Shown one piece after another: positions 1-11,400 of a stretch of 64,000 bases of DNA. Position numbers and translations under genes: made by a program. The notes under the pieces are model-generated. The model was not told the origin of the DNA and did not search any database. It worked only from the letters and a program-made list of their open reading frames with translations. Source of the DNA: Chitinophagales bacterium (lineage in GTDB: Bacteria; Bacteroidota; Bacteroidia; Chitinophagales; CAIOSU01); NCBI GenBank assembly GCA_034440455.1, contig JAWXCB010000125.1, positions 1,797 to 65,796 on the forward strand. The letters are read 5' to 3'. Each line of letters starts with the position of its first letter. Position 1 is the first letter of the stretch.

Positions 1-1017
1 CACGTTGATTTGCAAATACGCGCCCGGGTCGTCCAACACGTTGGTTACTTCAAGAATGAAAAACGTGTCGTTTGTTACATCAAAATTTCTGTTGGAAAGC
101 AAATAAAGATTTGGACCTGTAGTCGTTGAGCCGCCCTGAATCGGGCAGAGATTGCGAATCGGCTTGTTGTCGTATTTGATGTCGTTGTAATAGCGCGTTT
201 CCAATGTTTGCCCGCTATACCCTTTCTGCTTGTTGATTTGCCAAATCACGCTTTCACGGAAAAGAAATTTCCAACTATCTATCGTGTTGATGGTGTCGTT
301 GGACAGCGCATTGACCGTAATAAATAATTCATTATCAGTAATTGCGACAATCGGATAATCAGACCATGTTGTGTCGTTCATCGGATCTCCCAGCAGCGCG
401 TAGAGATTCCATGCGCCCAGCGGGTCAGCGGTTGCTGAAAATGCAAACAGGAGATTGCTTGTGGAATCTGTTCTCCCTGTCAGACAAATGAGGATGAAGC
501 GGTCTTGCTTCGGGTCATAGATAACACGCGGATCATAATTATCCGCAGGCAGTTGCAATGTGTCGAAAAACGCTTCAAGCGAAATTTCATCCAGCACTGA
601 ATCCATTGGCACGTCATAAAAAAAGATGTTCGAGTTGGCAACGGAAATCAGTTTACCTCCATTGGAAACTGCGATATGATTATCGGTAGGTGCGCTGCCG
701 TCAAAATCATTTCCCTTCAAACTGCTCACCACAATCGGATTTTCTGCATCACCAAGATTTACTACACCGCCTGTTTTTTTTGAACCGCTTGTGCGAAGCA
801 ATTCTTTTTGGCGTAATAAAAACGATTGATAAGAATTTCCTCCGGGAGTCGGCATTTCCAAATTGATGAGGTTGGGCTTGAAGTCACGGGTGATTTGCGC
901 GGGTGCGATGGTAATCGGTAATGATGAAATGATTTCGGATTTGGAGTAAGTGAAATCATTTTGGGAAAAGAGTACAATAGGTAACAGACAATAGCTTAGT
1001 AGAAAAAATATTTTCAT
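1..1017 (-). CDS. Secreted protein, runs off the window start; probably a T9SS-sorted Bacteroidota protein
   Basis: Not in the ORF track. Open frame from ATG 1017: MKIFFLLSYCLLPIVLFSQ (signal peptide-like) ...APTDNHIAVS...YDPRVIYDPKQDRF...WSDYP, with no stop before base 1. Confidence 0.75.
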   Translation of the reverse strand, partial: MKIFFLLSYCLLPIVLFSQNDFTYSKSEIISSLPITIAPAQITRDFKPNLINLEMPTPGGNSYQSFLLRQKELLRTSGSKKTGGVVNLGDAENPIVVSSLKGNDFDGSAPTDNHIAVSNGGKLISVANSNIFFYDVPMDSVLDEISLEAFFDTLQLPADNYDPRVIYDPKQDRFILICLTGRTDSTSNLLFAFSATADPLGAWNLYALLGDPMNDTTWSDYPIVAITDNELFITVNALSNDTINTIDSWKFLFRESVIWQINKQKGYSGQTLETRYYNDIKYDNKPIRNLCPIQGGSTTTGPNLYLLSNRNFDVTNDTFFILEVTNVLDDPGAYLQINV

Positions 1018-1059
1018 GTCAATAAAATTAAAGGATTTCATTTTTAACAAATCAGCACA

Positions 1060-3090
1060 TTATTTAAACTTCTCCTTCATCATCTTTTGCAATTCATACA
1101 TCTCATCCCTGAATCGTGCCGCTTGCAGGAAGTCCAAATCTTTTGCGGCTTGTTCCATTTTCTTGCGCGTTGCACCAACCAGTTTTTCTAATTGCTCTTT
1201 ATTCATGTATTGTACAACAGGGTCAGCCACCATACTCAAACCTTCTTCCCGTTCAATGTAAGCCTTCGGGTCAGCTTTCCTGATTTGCAGCACAGCCGAC
1301 TGTTTGAGTATCTGCTCCTTCGTTTTGAAAATCGTTTTCGGAGTAATTTGAAATTGCTCGTTGTATTTCAATTGCTTCTCGCGCCTGCGGTTGGTTTCGT
1401 CAATCGTCTTTTGCATGGAGTCAGTCATGCGGTCGGCATACATAATCACGCGACCATTTACGTTGCGCGCAGCGCGTCCCGCAATCTGCGTAAGCGAGCG
1501 CTCGGAGCGCAGGAAGCCTTCTTTGTCCGCATCAAGAATTGCAACAAGTGAAACTTCAGGCAGGTCAAGTCCTTCTCGCAGCAGGTTCACTCCTATCAGC
1601 ACATCGAATTTCCCCAAGCGCAAGTCGCGCAAAATTTCCACGCGCTCCAATGTCTCTACTTCCGAATGAATGTACCTGCATTTAATGTCAATTCGCGCCA
1701 TATATTTTGTGAGTTCCTCTGCCATGCGCTTGGTGAGCGTAGTTACGAGAACACGCTCCTGTTTCTTCACGCGCTCATCCACTTCATCGAGCAAATCGTC
1801 AATTTGGTTTACACTTGGGCGCACGTCAATCACAGGGTCCAGCAGTCCGGTCGGGCGCACGACCTGTTCCACAATCACGCCACCGCTTTGTTCCAATTCG
1901 TAATTTGCTGGCGTTGCGCTTACATAAATCACCTGAGGGATTATGTTTTCAAATTCCGTAAAATTCAGCGGACGATTATCCAAAGCTGAAGGCAGGCGAA
2001 AACCATATTCCACCAAATTCATTTTGCGCGCGCGGTCGCCTCCATACATGCCGTTCACCTGCGGAATGGTAACGTGGCTCTCATCAATCACCATCAAAAA
2101 ATCTTCGGGAAAATAATCAATGAGGCAAAACGGACGGTCGCCTCTCTTGCGCCTGTCGAGGAAGCGTGAGTAATTTTCAATGCCCGAACAATAGCCCAAC
2201 TCGCGCATCATTTCCATATCGAAATTCACGCGCTCGCTCAGGCGTTTCGCCTCCACTTCCTTTCCGATGGAATCATAATATTCCACTTGCTTATGCAACT
2301 CATCCTGAATTTCTGCAAGCATCCGCTCAAATTCTTCTTTCGGAGTCATGTACATATTCGCAGGAAAAATCGCGATGTTGTCAAACGATTCAATTTTTCT
2401 TCCCGACTCCGGGTCAAAACTTTCCAGTTCTTCAATTTCATCTCCGAAAAAAGTAACGCGGTAAGCGATGTCTGCGTAGGGCAGGAAAATATCCACCGTG
2501 TCACCCTTTACGCGAAAGTTGCTGCGTTTGAATTCGCCTTCTGTACGCGAATACAGCGCATCCACAAGCGAAAAGAGAAAATGATTTCTGCCAATCGTTT
2601 GCCCGGTGCTGATGCGGATGATGCGGTTTTTATATTCCGTAGGATTTCCAATTCCATAAATGCAAGAAACCGAAGCAACCACGATAATATCGCGCCTACC
2701 GGAAAGCAAAGAAGCCGATGCCTGCAACCGCAACTTCTCCACTTCTTCATTGATGGCTAAATCTTTTTCAATGTATTTATCTATTACAGGCAGGTAAGCT
2801 TCCGGCTGATAGTAGTCGTAATAAGAAACGAAGTAGTTAACAGAATTTTCGGGGAAGAAATGCTTGAATTCCCCGTAAAGTTGCGCGACTAATGTTTTAT
2901 TGTGGCTCAAAATCAACGTGGGACGTTGAACATGCTGAATCACATTCGCTATGGTGAATGTTTTCCCGGAACCGGTCACACCGAGCAGCACCTGCGCATG
3001 GTCGCCACGCTGTAATCCTTCAGTGAGTTGCTTGACTGCTTCGGGTTGGTCGCCCGTTGGCTTAAATTCAGATGTGAGTTTGAATTGCAT
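1060..3090 (-). CDS. uvrB: Excinuclease ABC subunit B
   Basis: PTGDQP, GVTGSGKT, FVSYYDYYQPEAY, DESH and a C-terminal UVR motif (AAKDLDFLQAARFRD). Confidence 0.99.
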   Translation of the reverse strand: MQFKLTSEFKPTGDQPEAVKQLTEGLQRGDHAQVLLGVTGSGKTFTIANVIQHVQRPTLILSHNKTLVAQLYGEFKHFFPENSVNYFVSYYDYYQPEAYLPVIDKYIEKDLAINEEVEKLRLQASASLLSGRRDIIVVASVSCIYGIGNPTEYKNRIIRISTGQTIGRNHFLFSLVDALYSRTEGEFKRSNFRVKGDTVDIFLPYADIAYRVTFFGDEIEELESFDPESGRKIESFDNIAIFPANMYMTPKEEFERMLAEIQDELHKQVEYYDSIGKEVEAKRLSERVNFDMEMMRELGYCSGIENYSRFLDRRKRGDRPFCLIDYFPEDFLMVIDESHVTIPQVNGMYGGDRARKMNLVEYGFRLPSALDNRPLNFTEFENIIPQVIYVSATPANYELEQSGGVIVEQVVRPTGLLDPVIDVRPSVNQIDDLLDEVDERVKKQERVLVTTLTKRMAEELTKYMARIDIKCRYIHSEVETLERVEILRDLRLGKFDVLIGVNLLREGLDLPEVSLVAILDADKEGFLRSERSLTQIAGRAARNVNGRVIMYADRMTDSMQKTIDETNRRREKQLKYNEQFQITPKTIFKTKEQILKQSAVLQIRKADPKAYIEREEGLSMVADPVVQYMNKEQLEKLVGATRKKMEQAAKDLDFLQAARFRDEMYELQKMMKEKFK

Positions 3091-3198
3091 GAGGATTTAC
3101 AAAATAAGGCATTTGCGGTACTACGAAGGACTCATTTGTTTGATTATTGCTAATTGGAATTCCGCAATTGGTGCTTATTTTTGGGGCAAATCGAAAAA

Positions 3199-3780
3199 AT
3201 GGAACTCAAAGACATTGTATCTATCAGCGGCATGGGCGGATTGTTTGAAGTGGTAACAAAAAGGACAGACGGCATGATTGTGCGCGGATTGGACGAGCAG
3301 AAATCGCAATTCATCTCGAGCCGTGTGCATATTTTCACACCCTTAGACGCCATCACGATTTATACTGGTGAAAAAGATACAACAGAGCTTTATAAAATAT
3401 TGCTTGAAATGAAAAAGCAGGAGAAAGGAAACCCTGTTGCAGATGGAAATGCAGATGGAAGTATTTTGAAAAAATATTTTGAAAAAGTGTTGCCTGATTA
3501 CAATGAAGAGAAGGTATATGTGAGCGACATCAAGAAAGTGATTAAATGGTATCAACAGCTTGATAAGCACAAGTTGGTAAACGATGCAACGCTCCTTCCA
3601 AAAGAAAAAGAAGAAGCAAAAAATGACAAAGCGGATGTGGTTGACGTTAAAGGAGAAAAGAAAGAAACTCCTGATAAAGCTGCCAAAGTAAAACACGTTA
3701 AACCAGCCAGCGACCGTTCAGCCACTAATAACAAGTCAGCAGCCAAGCGCACAGTTATCGGAGCGAAGCGGGGAGGTTGA
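3199..3780 (+). CDS. DUF5606-type conserved Bacteroidota protein
   Basis: MELKDIVSISGMGGLF...LPDYNEEKVYVSDIKKVIKWY with a K/E/A-rich tail. Start moved to ATG 3199. Confidence 0.85.
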   Translation: MELKDIVSISGMGGLFEVVTKRTDGMIVRGLDEQKSQFISSRVHIFTPLDAITIYTGEKDTTELYKILLEMKKQEKGNPVADGNADGSILKKYFEKVLPDYNEEKVYVSDIKKVIKWYQQLDKHKLVNDATLLPKEKEEAKNDKADVVDVKGEKKETPDKAAKVKHVKPASDRSATNNKSAAKRTVIGAKRGG

Positions 3781-3880
3781 GCCGCTGATTTAGCTTCGAT
3801 ATTGAAGTTGAATTTTTGCGCGTTGCTACTTTTGCTTACCCTTCATCGCGCTGCTCACAAAATTTATCAGGAAACATTCT

Positions 3881-5197
3881 TTACGCTGCATCTGCTTTCA
3901 GATACGCGCTCTTCGTTTTGATTTTTGCGCCCAGCTTGTGCAGCAGCATATACACTCCGAAATAAGCGCGGTTGATGTACAGCCCATGCCGGGTGCCACG
4001 CGCTACTTTTGACTGGCGCACTTCTTTCATCTGCTTGATGCGCATCCCTTCTGTGAATATTTCTGTGATGTAGGATTTGTCTCCGAAATCAAATTCATCT
4101 TGATGAACCGGGCGTCCAAGCAGGCGCAGCCCGCGATTAAAAATGTCGGTGTAAAATTCAATTTCTTTTTTCGTGTCATTGGGTTGAATGACGTTGAGCA
4201 AATTCATCACTTCGAGAATCTTCTCGGGCTGTTTGAGGATTTTTTTATCAAACAGCATGACGAGCGGACGATAAGCCTCTGGAGGAATGCGCTTCACGCA
4301 GCCAAAATCGAGAATGCCGAGTTTGCCATCTGCCATAAAGAGAAAATTTCCAGGATGCGGGTCGGCATGAATCAGTTTCAGCACGTGCGTTTGATAATCG
4401 TAGAAATTCCAGATGATTTGTCCGTAGCGGTTGCGCTCTTCCTGCGAAGGATTTGTTGCGAGATATTCATCAAGATGCCAGCCATCGAGCCAATCCATCG
4501 TGAGCACTTTCTTTCCTGACAACTCAGGATAAAATTTCGGGAACACCAAACCGTCAATCTTTTCACACGCCTTCGCAATTTCCTGCGACTGCTGTAACTC
4601 GTTCGGATAATCGGTTTCTTCCAGCAGCTTTGACTCAATCTCACTGTAAAACTCCGCGACATCTTCTTCCTTCATTTTCACAAAAGGCAAAATGAGCGAC
4701 TTCACCATTTTCAAATCTGAAGTAATGCTTTCCGCCACTCCGGGATATTGAATTTTCACAGCCAGCTTTTTCTTTTTGAGCGTTGCCAGATGTACCTGCC
4801 CGATAGATGCGGCATTCACCGCATGTTTATCAAACGTGTCAAACAGTTCTTCGGGAGTTTTTCTTAAATCAGTTTTAAATGTTTTTGCAATCAGCGGATA
4901 AGATAACGCGGGCGCCTTGTGTTGCGCCCTCATCAACTGGTCAACATATTCGGTGGGCAAAATATTTTGGTCCATACTCAGCATCTGCGCCACTTTCAAC
5001 GCGCTTCCTTTCAACTCACCCAGCGCACCCATCAATTCTTTGGCATTTAACTCGTGCAAATCTTTATCACTTACATCCGCATTGAAAGCTTTTTTGGTGT
5101 AATGCTTCACATAGTTCGCGCCAATCACTCCTCCTGTTTTCAGAAATCGCGCAGCGCGTTGCACTTTTGAGGTAGGTATCTTCCGTTGCTCTTCCAC
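3881..5197 (-). CDS. AarF/ABC1/UbiB family atypical kinase
   Basis: AASIGQVH, AVKIQYPGV, HADPHPGNF and LDFGC motifs. Confidence 0.95.
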   Translation of the reverse strand: MEEQRKIPTSKVQRAARFLKTGGVIGANYVKHYTKKAFNADVSDKDLHELNAKELMGALGELKGSALKVAQMLSMDQNILPTEYVDQLMRAQHKAPALSYPLIAKTFKTDLRKTPEELFDTFDKHAVNAASIGQVHLATLKKKKLAVKIQYPGVAESITSDLKMVKSLILPFVKMKEEDVAEFYSEIESKLLEETDYPNELQQSQEIAKACEKIDGLVFPKFYPELSGKKVLTMDWLDGWHLDEYLATNPSQEERNRYGQIIWNFYDYQTHVLKLIHADPHPGNFLFMADGKLGILDFGCVKRIPPEAYRPLVMLFDKKILKQPEKILEVMNLLNVIQPNDTKKEIEFYTDIFNRGLRLLGRPVHQDEFDFGDKSYITEIFTEGMRIKQMKEVRQSKVARGTRHGLYINRAYFGVYMLLHKLGAKIKTKSAYLKADAA

Positions 5198-5854
5198 TTA
5201 ATTTTTTTTAAAAAGAAATTTTCCAAAATCGAGAATCGAATCCAACTGGTTGCGACCGGCAAGCTCAAGAATTAAATTCACCGCGCGTTCAATCGCCTCA
5301 TCCGTTTTTGTTTGCTCTTCGCTTTTGTCTTTGAGCCAGTAATTCATGATGAACAAAAACTGCTGCCACAATGCGTTGTCATAATAATTCTGCACAATTG
5401 GTCGCTTCATAATTTCCTCATTGGATGCCGCTAACTGAACAAGCTCCTTCGCATATTTCAAAAAAGCGCGTTGCATGTCTGCAAGAAACCAGTCAACTCC
5501 TGAAAAAAGTTTAGGTAATGTTGGCGCAGTTTTCATGTAATCACTAAACGGCTTTACGGTGTCCATCCAGGTGTAGTAGAAAGAAAGCAAACGTTCGCGT
5601 GCGCTGTAATCTTTGTATTCTTCGCTGTTTGCCAAAACGGAAAGCGTTTCTTCAAACCAATGCAGCCAAACCGCTTTTTCCAATGCAGCTAAAGTTCTGT
5701 AGTGCGTACGCGCTTCTTCGGGTTTTAATTCCTGCGCTTCACAGAATTCAATGAAAGAACGCGGACGTTTGCCTGCACGCTGAATGTACTGCGTAAACGA
5801 ATTAACAACTGCATGTTTACTCTCGTCCGGCTTTGTTTTCTTTTGTTTACCCAT
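5198..5854 (-). CDS. TetR-family C-terminal domain protein
   Basis: RERLLSFYYTW...FIMNYWLKDKSEEQTKTDEAIER...DFGKFL. Abuts the ABC1 kinase gene. Confidence 0.8.
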   Translation of the reverse strand: MGKQKKTKPDESKHAVVNSFTQYIQRAGKRPRSFIEFCEAQELKPEEARTHYRTLAALEKAVWLHWFEETLSVLANSEEYKDYSARERLLSFYYTWMDTVKPFSDYMKTAPTLPKLFSGVDWFLADMQRAFLKYAKELVQLAASNEEIMKRPIVQNYYDNALWQQFLFIMNYWLKDKSEEQTKTDEAIERAVNLILELAGRNQLDSILDFGKFLFKKN

Positions 5855-5965
5855 AGGTTTGATTTGGCATCTCCACGCTCCAATTTATCTTATCGAGGGT
5901 AAAAACAACCAGTTAGCTAAAATGGTTTAAATAATTTAAAGGAAGGTTCACTCACAACCATATTC

Positions 5966-6121
5966 ATGATGCGCGTTACGATAGAAACACAAATAAAGAG
6001 GCATTACAAAGATATTATGAAGCAATTTGACAGAAAGTTGCTTGAAGCACTAAAGCCGAAGAATGCTCTGCTGGATCTGAGGAAAAACAACACTCCGAAA
6101 CTCTTGAAGTTTAACAGTTGA
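5966..6121 (+). pseudogene. Possible truncated fragment of an SRPBCC-like Bacteroidota protein
   Basis: 51-aa ORF MMRVTIETQIKRHYKDIMKQFDRKLLEALKP..., resembling the N-terminus of that family (from memory), then an early stop. Confidence 0.35.
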
Positions 6122-6263
6122 TGGTGCTACTACCTTTCGCTCGCCCCCAACCCTTAATATCACTGGAATGCAGAATGCAAAAACCTTACGGCTTAAAAGT
6201 AATAAGAGCAATCAGCAGCAGGGTTGTAGTCTGGAAACGGGACGCGTGAGTTTCCGTTTTTGC

Positions 6264-8291
6264 CTACTTCAAAAACCGCAGCAGCAAAACTTCCGCGCCA
6301 AGGAACAGCAGCGCGAGCGCAATGCACCACTTCCACAAAATGATGCCTTGCTCCATTTCTTTCACGATGCCACCGAGGTCGGTAGCCACCACATCAAGCA
6401 AGCGGATATTTTCCTGCGGGTAAAGTTCTTTCAATTCAGATGGAGAATAATATTCAAGCTGTGATTCCTTTCGGTCATAGTTGAGCGCCACGAGCGCGCC
6501 CGCATTTTCATCGCCCGCATATACATTGTAGAAGCCTGCTTGCTCCGCCTGCTCGCCTGGCGTAATTAAAATCTTTGCGCCCGCAGCCTTTTGGCGCGGA
6601 ATGAATTCATCTTTTGCGCCTTTCATTTTATAAATGGCATCAGCGCCCGAGAGTTTGTTTTCCACTTCGATGACTTCATCTTTGCCCAGCACATACGATG
6701 CCTTGCCTGCGTTGCCACCCGATAGCGCCATCTTGTAAAGCATCGGCACGAAGAGCGCATGAACGGGAAAATCTGTTGAAGCCACATCAAGCGGAGTGGC
6801 GCATACATATACTTTTCCATTTGCGGAGTTAAACGCACTCACGAATGTGCTACCATCACGAAAGCCGAGCAACACTTGTTCATCATTCTGCACTTGTTTT
6901 GCTGTTCCGAAATGCAGCTTCGCTTCGGGCAATGAAATGTTGTTTGGAATTTCTTCAAACACATCCTGAAACAACTCGTGTTCTCTATTAAGATAAGTTA
7001 CGGCTTGCGGTTGGTTGTCAATGCCCGTAAGTTGGTTCACATTGATGGAAGAAAAAAAATTGTTGTAAGAAAGCACATCTGCTTTTGAATCGGGAAACAC
7101 AAGCAGCGCGCCACCGTTTTCAAGATACTGCTTCAACTCAGCCGCCAGCCCCGAAGGAAGATGAGTGAGGTTGTTTAAAATAATCAACGAATAATATTTC
7201 AGCCGTGCATAATCAAGCTGCGTCACCTGCTCATTGCGAAAGGTGAACTTCTCTGCGTTGGAAAAAAGTGCTTGCAAATATTTTCCTTCCTGCGCCTCAT
7301 TGATGGCGAGCACATCCACATGCCCTGTTACTTTCAGCGAAAGGAAATAATTGTCGTCAAACGTAACGGGGTAATCTTCAATCTTCGCTTCGAGCTTTCT
7401 CCAGCCTGTGTCGCGCACCGAAAAATTAATTGTGTCAATAACAAACGCACTGGCAGCCACGCTGAAGTCGGCAATCGCCTTCACCTGGTCATCAACGGAT
7501 AAAGTGAGCCGTGCATTCTCCACATCTTTCTCCGCAGAGTTTGCAATCTTCACAATCAGCGAAGCAGGCTTATCCTGATAGAGCGCGGGCTGGTCGAGCC
7601 ATGCAGTGTCAATATAAAGATTATGTTGTTGCGCGGGCTGCAAGGGCAGCAGGCCGATGTTGGTTGAGGTGTCGCCTTTGAAGTCAACCATGTTTTTTTG
7701 AAAGTCGGAAATCCAATAAGATGTTTTCTCATCAATGCCCGCGTCTTTGAACGTTTTTTGCTGATGCGCGCTCACTTCATCAAGTGTGCGCACAATGGAA
7801 TTCAACTTCACTTCATCCAACATGCTGAAGAATTCTTCTTTCGTCACCAACCGCTGCTGCCGCGAATTAAATTCATTGGTGAGCAACTGAAAGCGGGCAT
7901 CTTCGGGATATGCGCTGATGATTTCACGCGCTCTGCGCACCGCGCGGTTCAGCAGTTTTTCTTCATCCGCTTCCGCATCCATGCTGAATGAATTGTCAAC
8001 GTAAATGCTCACCCCACGTTTACCCGTAGCCACTGCGCCTTTGTTTTCTTTTAGTGGAATGACGGGTTGTGCAAACGCAAGCACGAGAAATATCACAGCA
8101 AGCAAACGAGCGGCAAGCACAAGCCAGTGCTTGATTTTCGAACGCACGGCAGTTTCTTCCGTCACTTCTTTCAGGAATCTTACATTCGTGAAATAAACAG
8201 TTTTGTACCTGCGGAAATTAAACAGGTGAATAAGAATAGGAATCGCGGTAAGTGTAAGCCCCCAGAGAATCCAGGGATGCACAAAAGTCAT
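6264..8291 (-). CDS. BatA N-terminal domain / VWA-like membrane protein
   Basis: MTFVHP..L..IPILIHLFNFRRYK..F..VRFL, LAFAQP, vWA-like DNSFSM and SDFQ motifs, C-terminal TM with LWKW. Confidence 0.9.
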   Translation of the reverse strand: MTFVHPWILWGLTLTAIPILIHLFNFRRYKTVYFTNVRFLKEVTEETAVRSKIKHWLVLAARLLAVIFLVLAFAQPVIPLKENKGAVATGKRGVSIYVDNSFSMDAEADEEKLLNRAVRRAREIISAYPEDARFQLLTNEFNSRQQRLVTKEEFFSMLDEVKLNSIVRTLDEVSAHQQKTFKDAGIDEKTSYWISDFQKNMVDFKGDTSTNIGLLPLQPAQQHNLYIDTAWLDQPALYQDKPASLIVKIANSAEKDVENARLTLSVDDQVKAIADFSVAASAFVIDTINFSVRDTGWRKLEAKIEDYPVTFDDNYFLSLKVTGHVDVLAINEAQEGKYLQALFSNAEKFTFRNEQVTQLDYARLKYYSLIILNNLTHLPSGLAAELKQYLENGGALLVFPDSKADVLSYNNFFSSINVNQLTGIDNQPQAVTYLNREHELFQDVFEEIPNNISLPEAKLHFGTAKQVQNDEQVLLGFRDGSTFVSAFNSANGKVYVCATPLDVASTDFPVHALFVPMLYKMALSGGNAGKASYVLGKDEVIEVENKLSGADAIYKMKGAKDEFIPRQKAAGAKILITPGEQAEQAGFYNVYAGDENAGALVALNYDRKESQLEYYSPSELKELYPQENIRLLDVVATDLGGIVKEMEQGIILWKWCIALALLFLGAEVLLLRFLK

Positions 8292-8483
8292 GGCGGCAAA
8301 AATAGTCGTTAGCGGATAGTGAACAACCCGAAACGCATGAATCGCATTTTGATTATCGCCCTTGAAGTGCCATCGGCTACTTTATTGTTCGCAATTCACA
8401 CGCTTATCTTGATTTCCCTCATCTGCAAGGAGGGTGGAATGCTGTATTTTTATCCGATATTTATTCAAAATAAAATTTTCAGC

Positions 8484-11400
8484 ATGAGAAGTTTGCTTTC
8501 AAAGGCTATCGCCCTGTTCGTTTTTTCCATCTGCATCACCGATGTGATTGCTCAATCCTATAATGACGGTCCAATTGAGTTACAGGTGCGTGTGCGCGAA
8601 ATCAATACACAGATTGGCGCTACAGATGCCTCCATTCTTGGCGTTGGCTTTGCGCCTGATGAACTAACCTACAAAGTGTGGGCGCGCGACAATGCCGACC
8701 TTGACGGACAGAGTTGGCAGGGCGGGCAGTGCCTTCAGTCAAATTTCAATCCCCCAGGGCTTTCTACTGATTTCAATCAGAATATTTTTTCTTACATCTA
8801 CCCCACTGCTCCTGTTCCGCAGTTCTTTGACATTCGCGGGGATTTTTGGGAAGATGATGCGGGCAGTGATTTTGCCTGCGGAGGCGGGCGTTGCGCGTTT
8901 GATAATAACACTTGCTGTGGCGCGATTGTGTTTGGCGTGTGCGTGGGTGTTTCGCAGGAAGATGATTTGCATTGCGATGCGAATCCGCTTGCTACCGGAT
9001 TGGATTACAGACTTGGCGCTCCGTGCCAATGGTATGACCACGGCTATGTGAGCGGCTCTTGCGGCAATGATTATCGCCCGCGAATCGAATCTTACTGGAG
9101 ATATACAAGAGGAACAAGCTGCAACAACACGATTGACCTCGGCACGCTGAATTCGGGCGGCACAATTACACACTTCAATAGTAATGAATGTTACAGCAAC
9201 AACTTTTCTGCAAGCGCGGGTAAAGATGTGTTTTATCAATTCACTACTACGGCAACTACGGGCGTAATTATTTCGCTCTGCGGGGCAGGCACTTCTTTCA
9301 ACACGGTGCTTTATCTGCTTGATGCTTCGTGCAATCAGATTTCTGTGAATGATAATTTCTGCGGCAATGTTTCTGAAATCACAACAAACCTTTGCACACC
9401 CGGCACTTACAAACTTGTGATTGACGGGGCAGCAGCAGCAAGCCAGGGCACCTTCTCGCTTACTATCACAGACGACCCATCGGCATTGATGTCGGTGACT
9501 GTAACTGGAACAAATGTTACCTGCAATGCCGGCACCGATGGCACAGCAACGGCAAACGTAACGAGCGGTTCTTCTCCGTTTACTTATGTGTGGAGTCCCG
9601 CTGCTGGAAATACGCCAACTGTTATCGGGCTGACAATCGGCACTTATTCAGTAACGGTTACTGATGCTACGGGCTGCACTGCGAGCGGCTCAGTGAACAT
9701 TACTCAGCCGGGCGCGCTCACCTTTACTACTGTTGCTACCGAACCCACTTGCAATGGCGGCACTGATGGCAGCATCACCATGACGGCAACTGGCGGCACA
9801 ACGCCTTATCAATATTCAAGCGACAACGGCAATATTTATCAAAACGGAAATATCCTTACCGGATTGGATGCGGGCACATACACGCTGCGGGTGAAAGATG
9901 CGAACAACTGCACAGCTACTGCCACTGTAACGGTGACTGACCCGCCTGCGATTGCGCCTAATCTTACTGTATCAAACATCTCGTGCAATGGCGCAGTGGA
10001 TGGATCGGTGGTTTCAAACCCAACGAATGGTTTAGCACCTTATGAATTTTCATTGGATAGCGGTCCGTTTGTTCTTACGAATTCTTTCACGGGACTTTCA
10101 ACAGGTTTTCACTTGTTGAATGTGCGCGATGCGAATGGCTGTGAAGAAGCTGCGGGCTTCAACATTTTTGAACCAAGCAATCTGTCAAGTCTTGTGCAAG
10201 CGGTGGTTGATGTTTCGTGCAACGGACTCAGTGATGGTTCATTCACAATTACAGGAGTGGGAGGGACACAGCCATATTTTTATTCATTAGACAATAATGT
10301 GTTTCAGCAATCGGGCACTTTCACTGGATTGGCGGATGGAATCTACCCCGTGTATATTGCTGACAGCAGCGGATGCGCTGCGATTAACTCTGTGACGGTT
10401 GAGGAGCCTGCTATTCTCGCAGGTTCTGTGTTATTTCAAATCAATATCTCCTGCAACGGCTCCATTGACGGCACGGTGGTACTCACGGCTTCGGGCGGCA
10501 CCGGTCCTTATCAGTTTTCTGATGATGGCGTGTTCTTTACAACCAGCGGCTTCTTTGACCGCTTGCCCGGTGGCACTTACACTTACTATCTTCGCGATAA
10601 TAACAACTGCAATGACTCTATCACCTTCACCATTTTTGAGCCGGACACGCTCGCGCTTTCAGCCGCAAACGTGATTGACGCAACCTGCCTCGGCATTAAC
10701 AACGGCAGCATTACTCTTAGCGCAACGGGCGGCATTCAGCCTTATCGCTACGCTATTAATGGCGGAGCTTTCCAAAGCAGTCCCACCTTTAGCGGGCTTA
10801 CTGCGGGCACTTTTCAATTCACGGTGCGCGATGATGAGTTCTGCGAATACACCGAAACGCTCGCGATTGGTTTCATCACTACTATTACTGCAACGATAAA
10901 TACTATTCCCATCTTTTGCTCAGGTGGCGCTACGGGAACGATTTCTGTTGCGGGCGCAAACGGCACTCCGCCTTACACCTACTCTATTGATGGCGTGAAT
11001 TTTCAATCATCGGGCACATTCAACGGGCTTTCTTCGGGCACCTACACTGTTACCGCGCGCGATGGCTTTGGATGCCTTGCCGTGCAGGATGTAACGCTTG
11101 CCGAGCCGGGTGAAATTGAAATCACGGTGGTGCTATCAACGCCCGCGAGTTGCTTTAATACTACGGACGGCTCGCTTGATATTGATGTAACGGGCGGCAA
11201 CGACCCGTATCAATTCATTTGGAGCAATGGCGCGGTGACGCAAAACTTAGTGAACGTGACAGGCGGCACTTACACGGTGACTGTTACCGATAACAACGGC
11301 TGCCAGGACTCGCTCACGGCTGTTATTGACGCTACGCCCGCGCTATTTATTGATGTTGAAAGCATTCAAAACATTTCGTGCAATGGCGATGAAGATGCCT

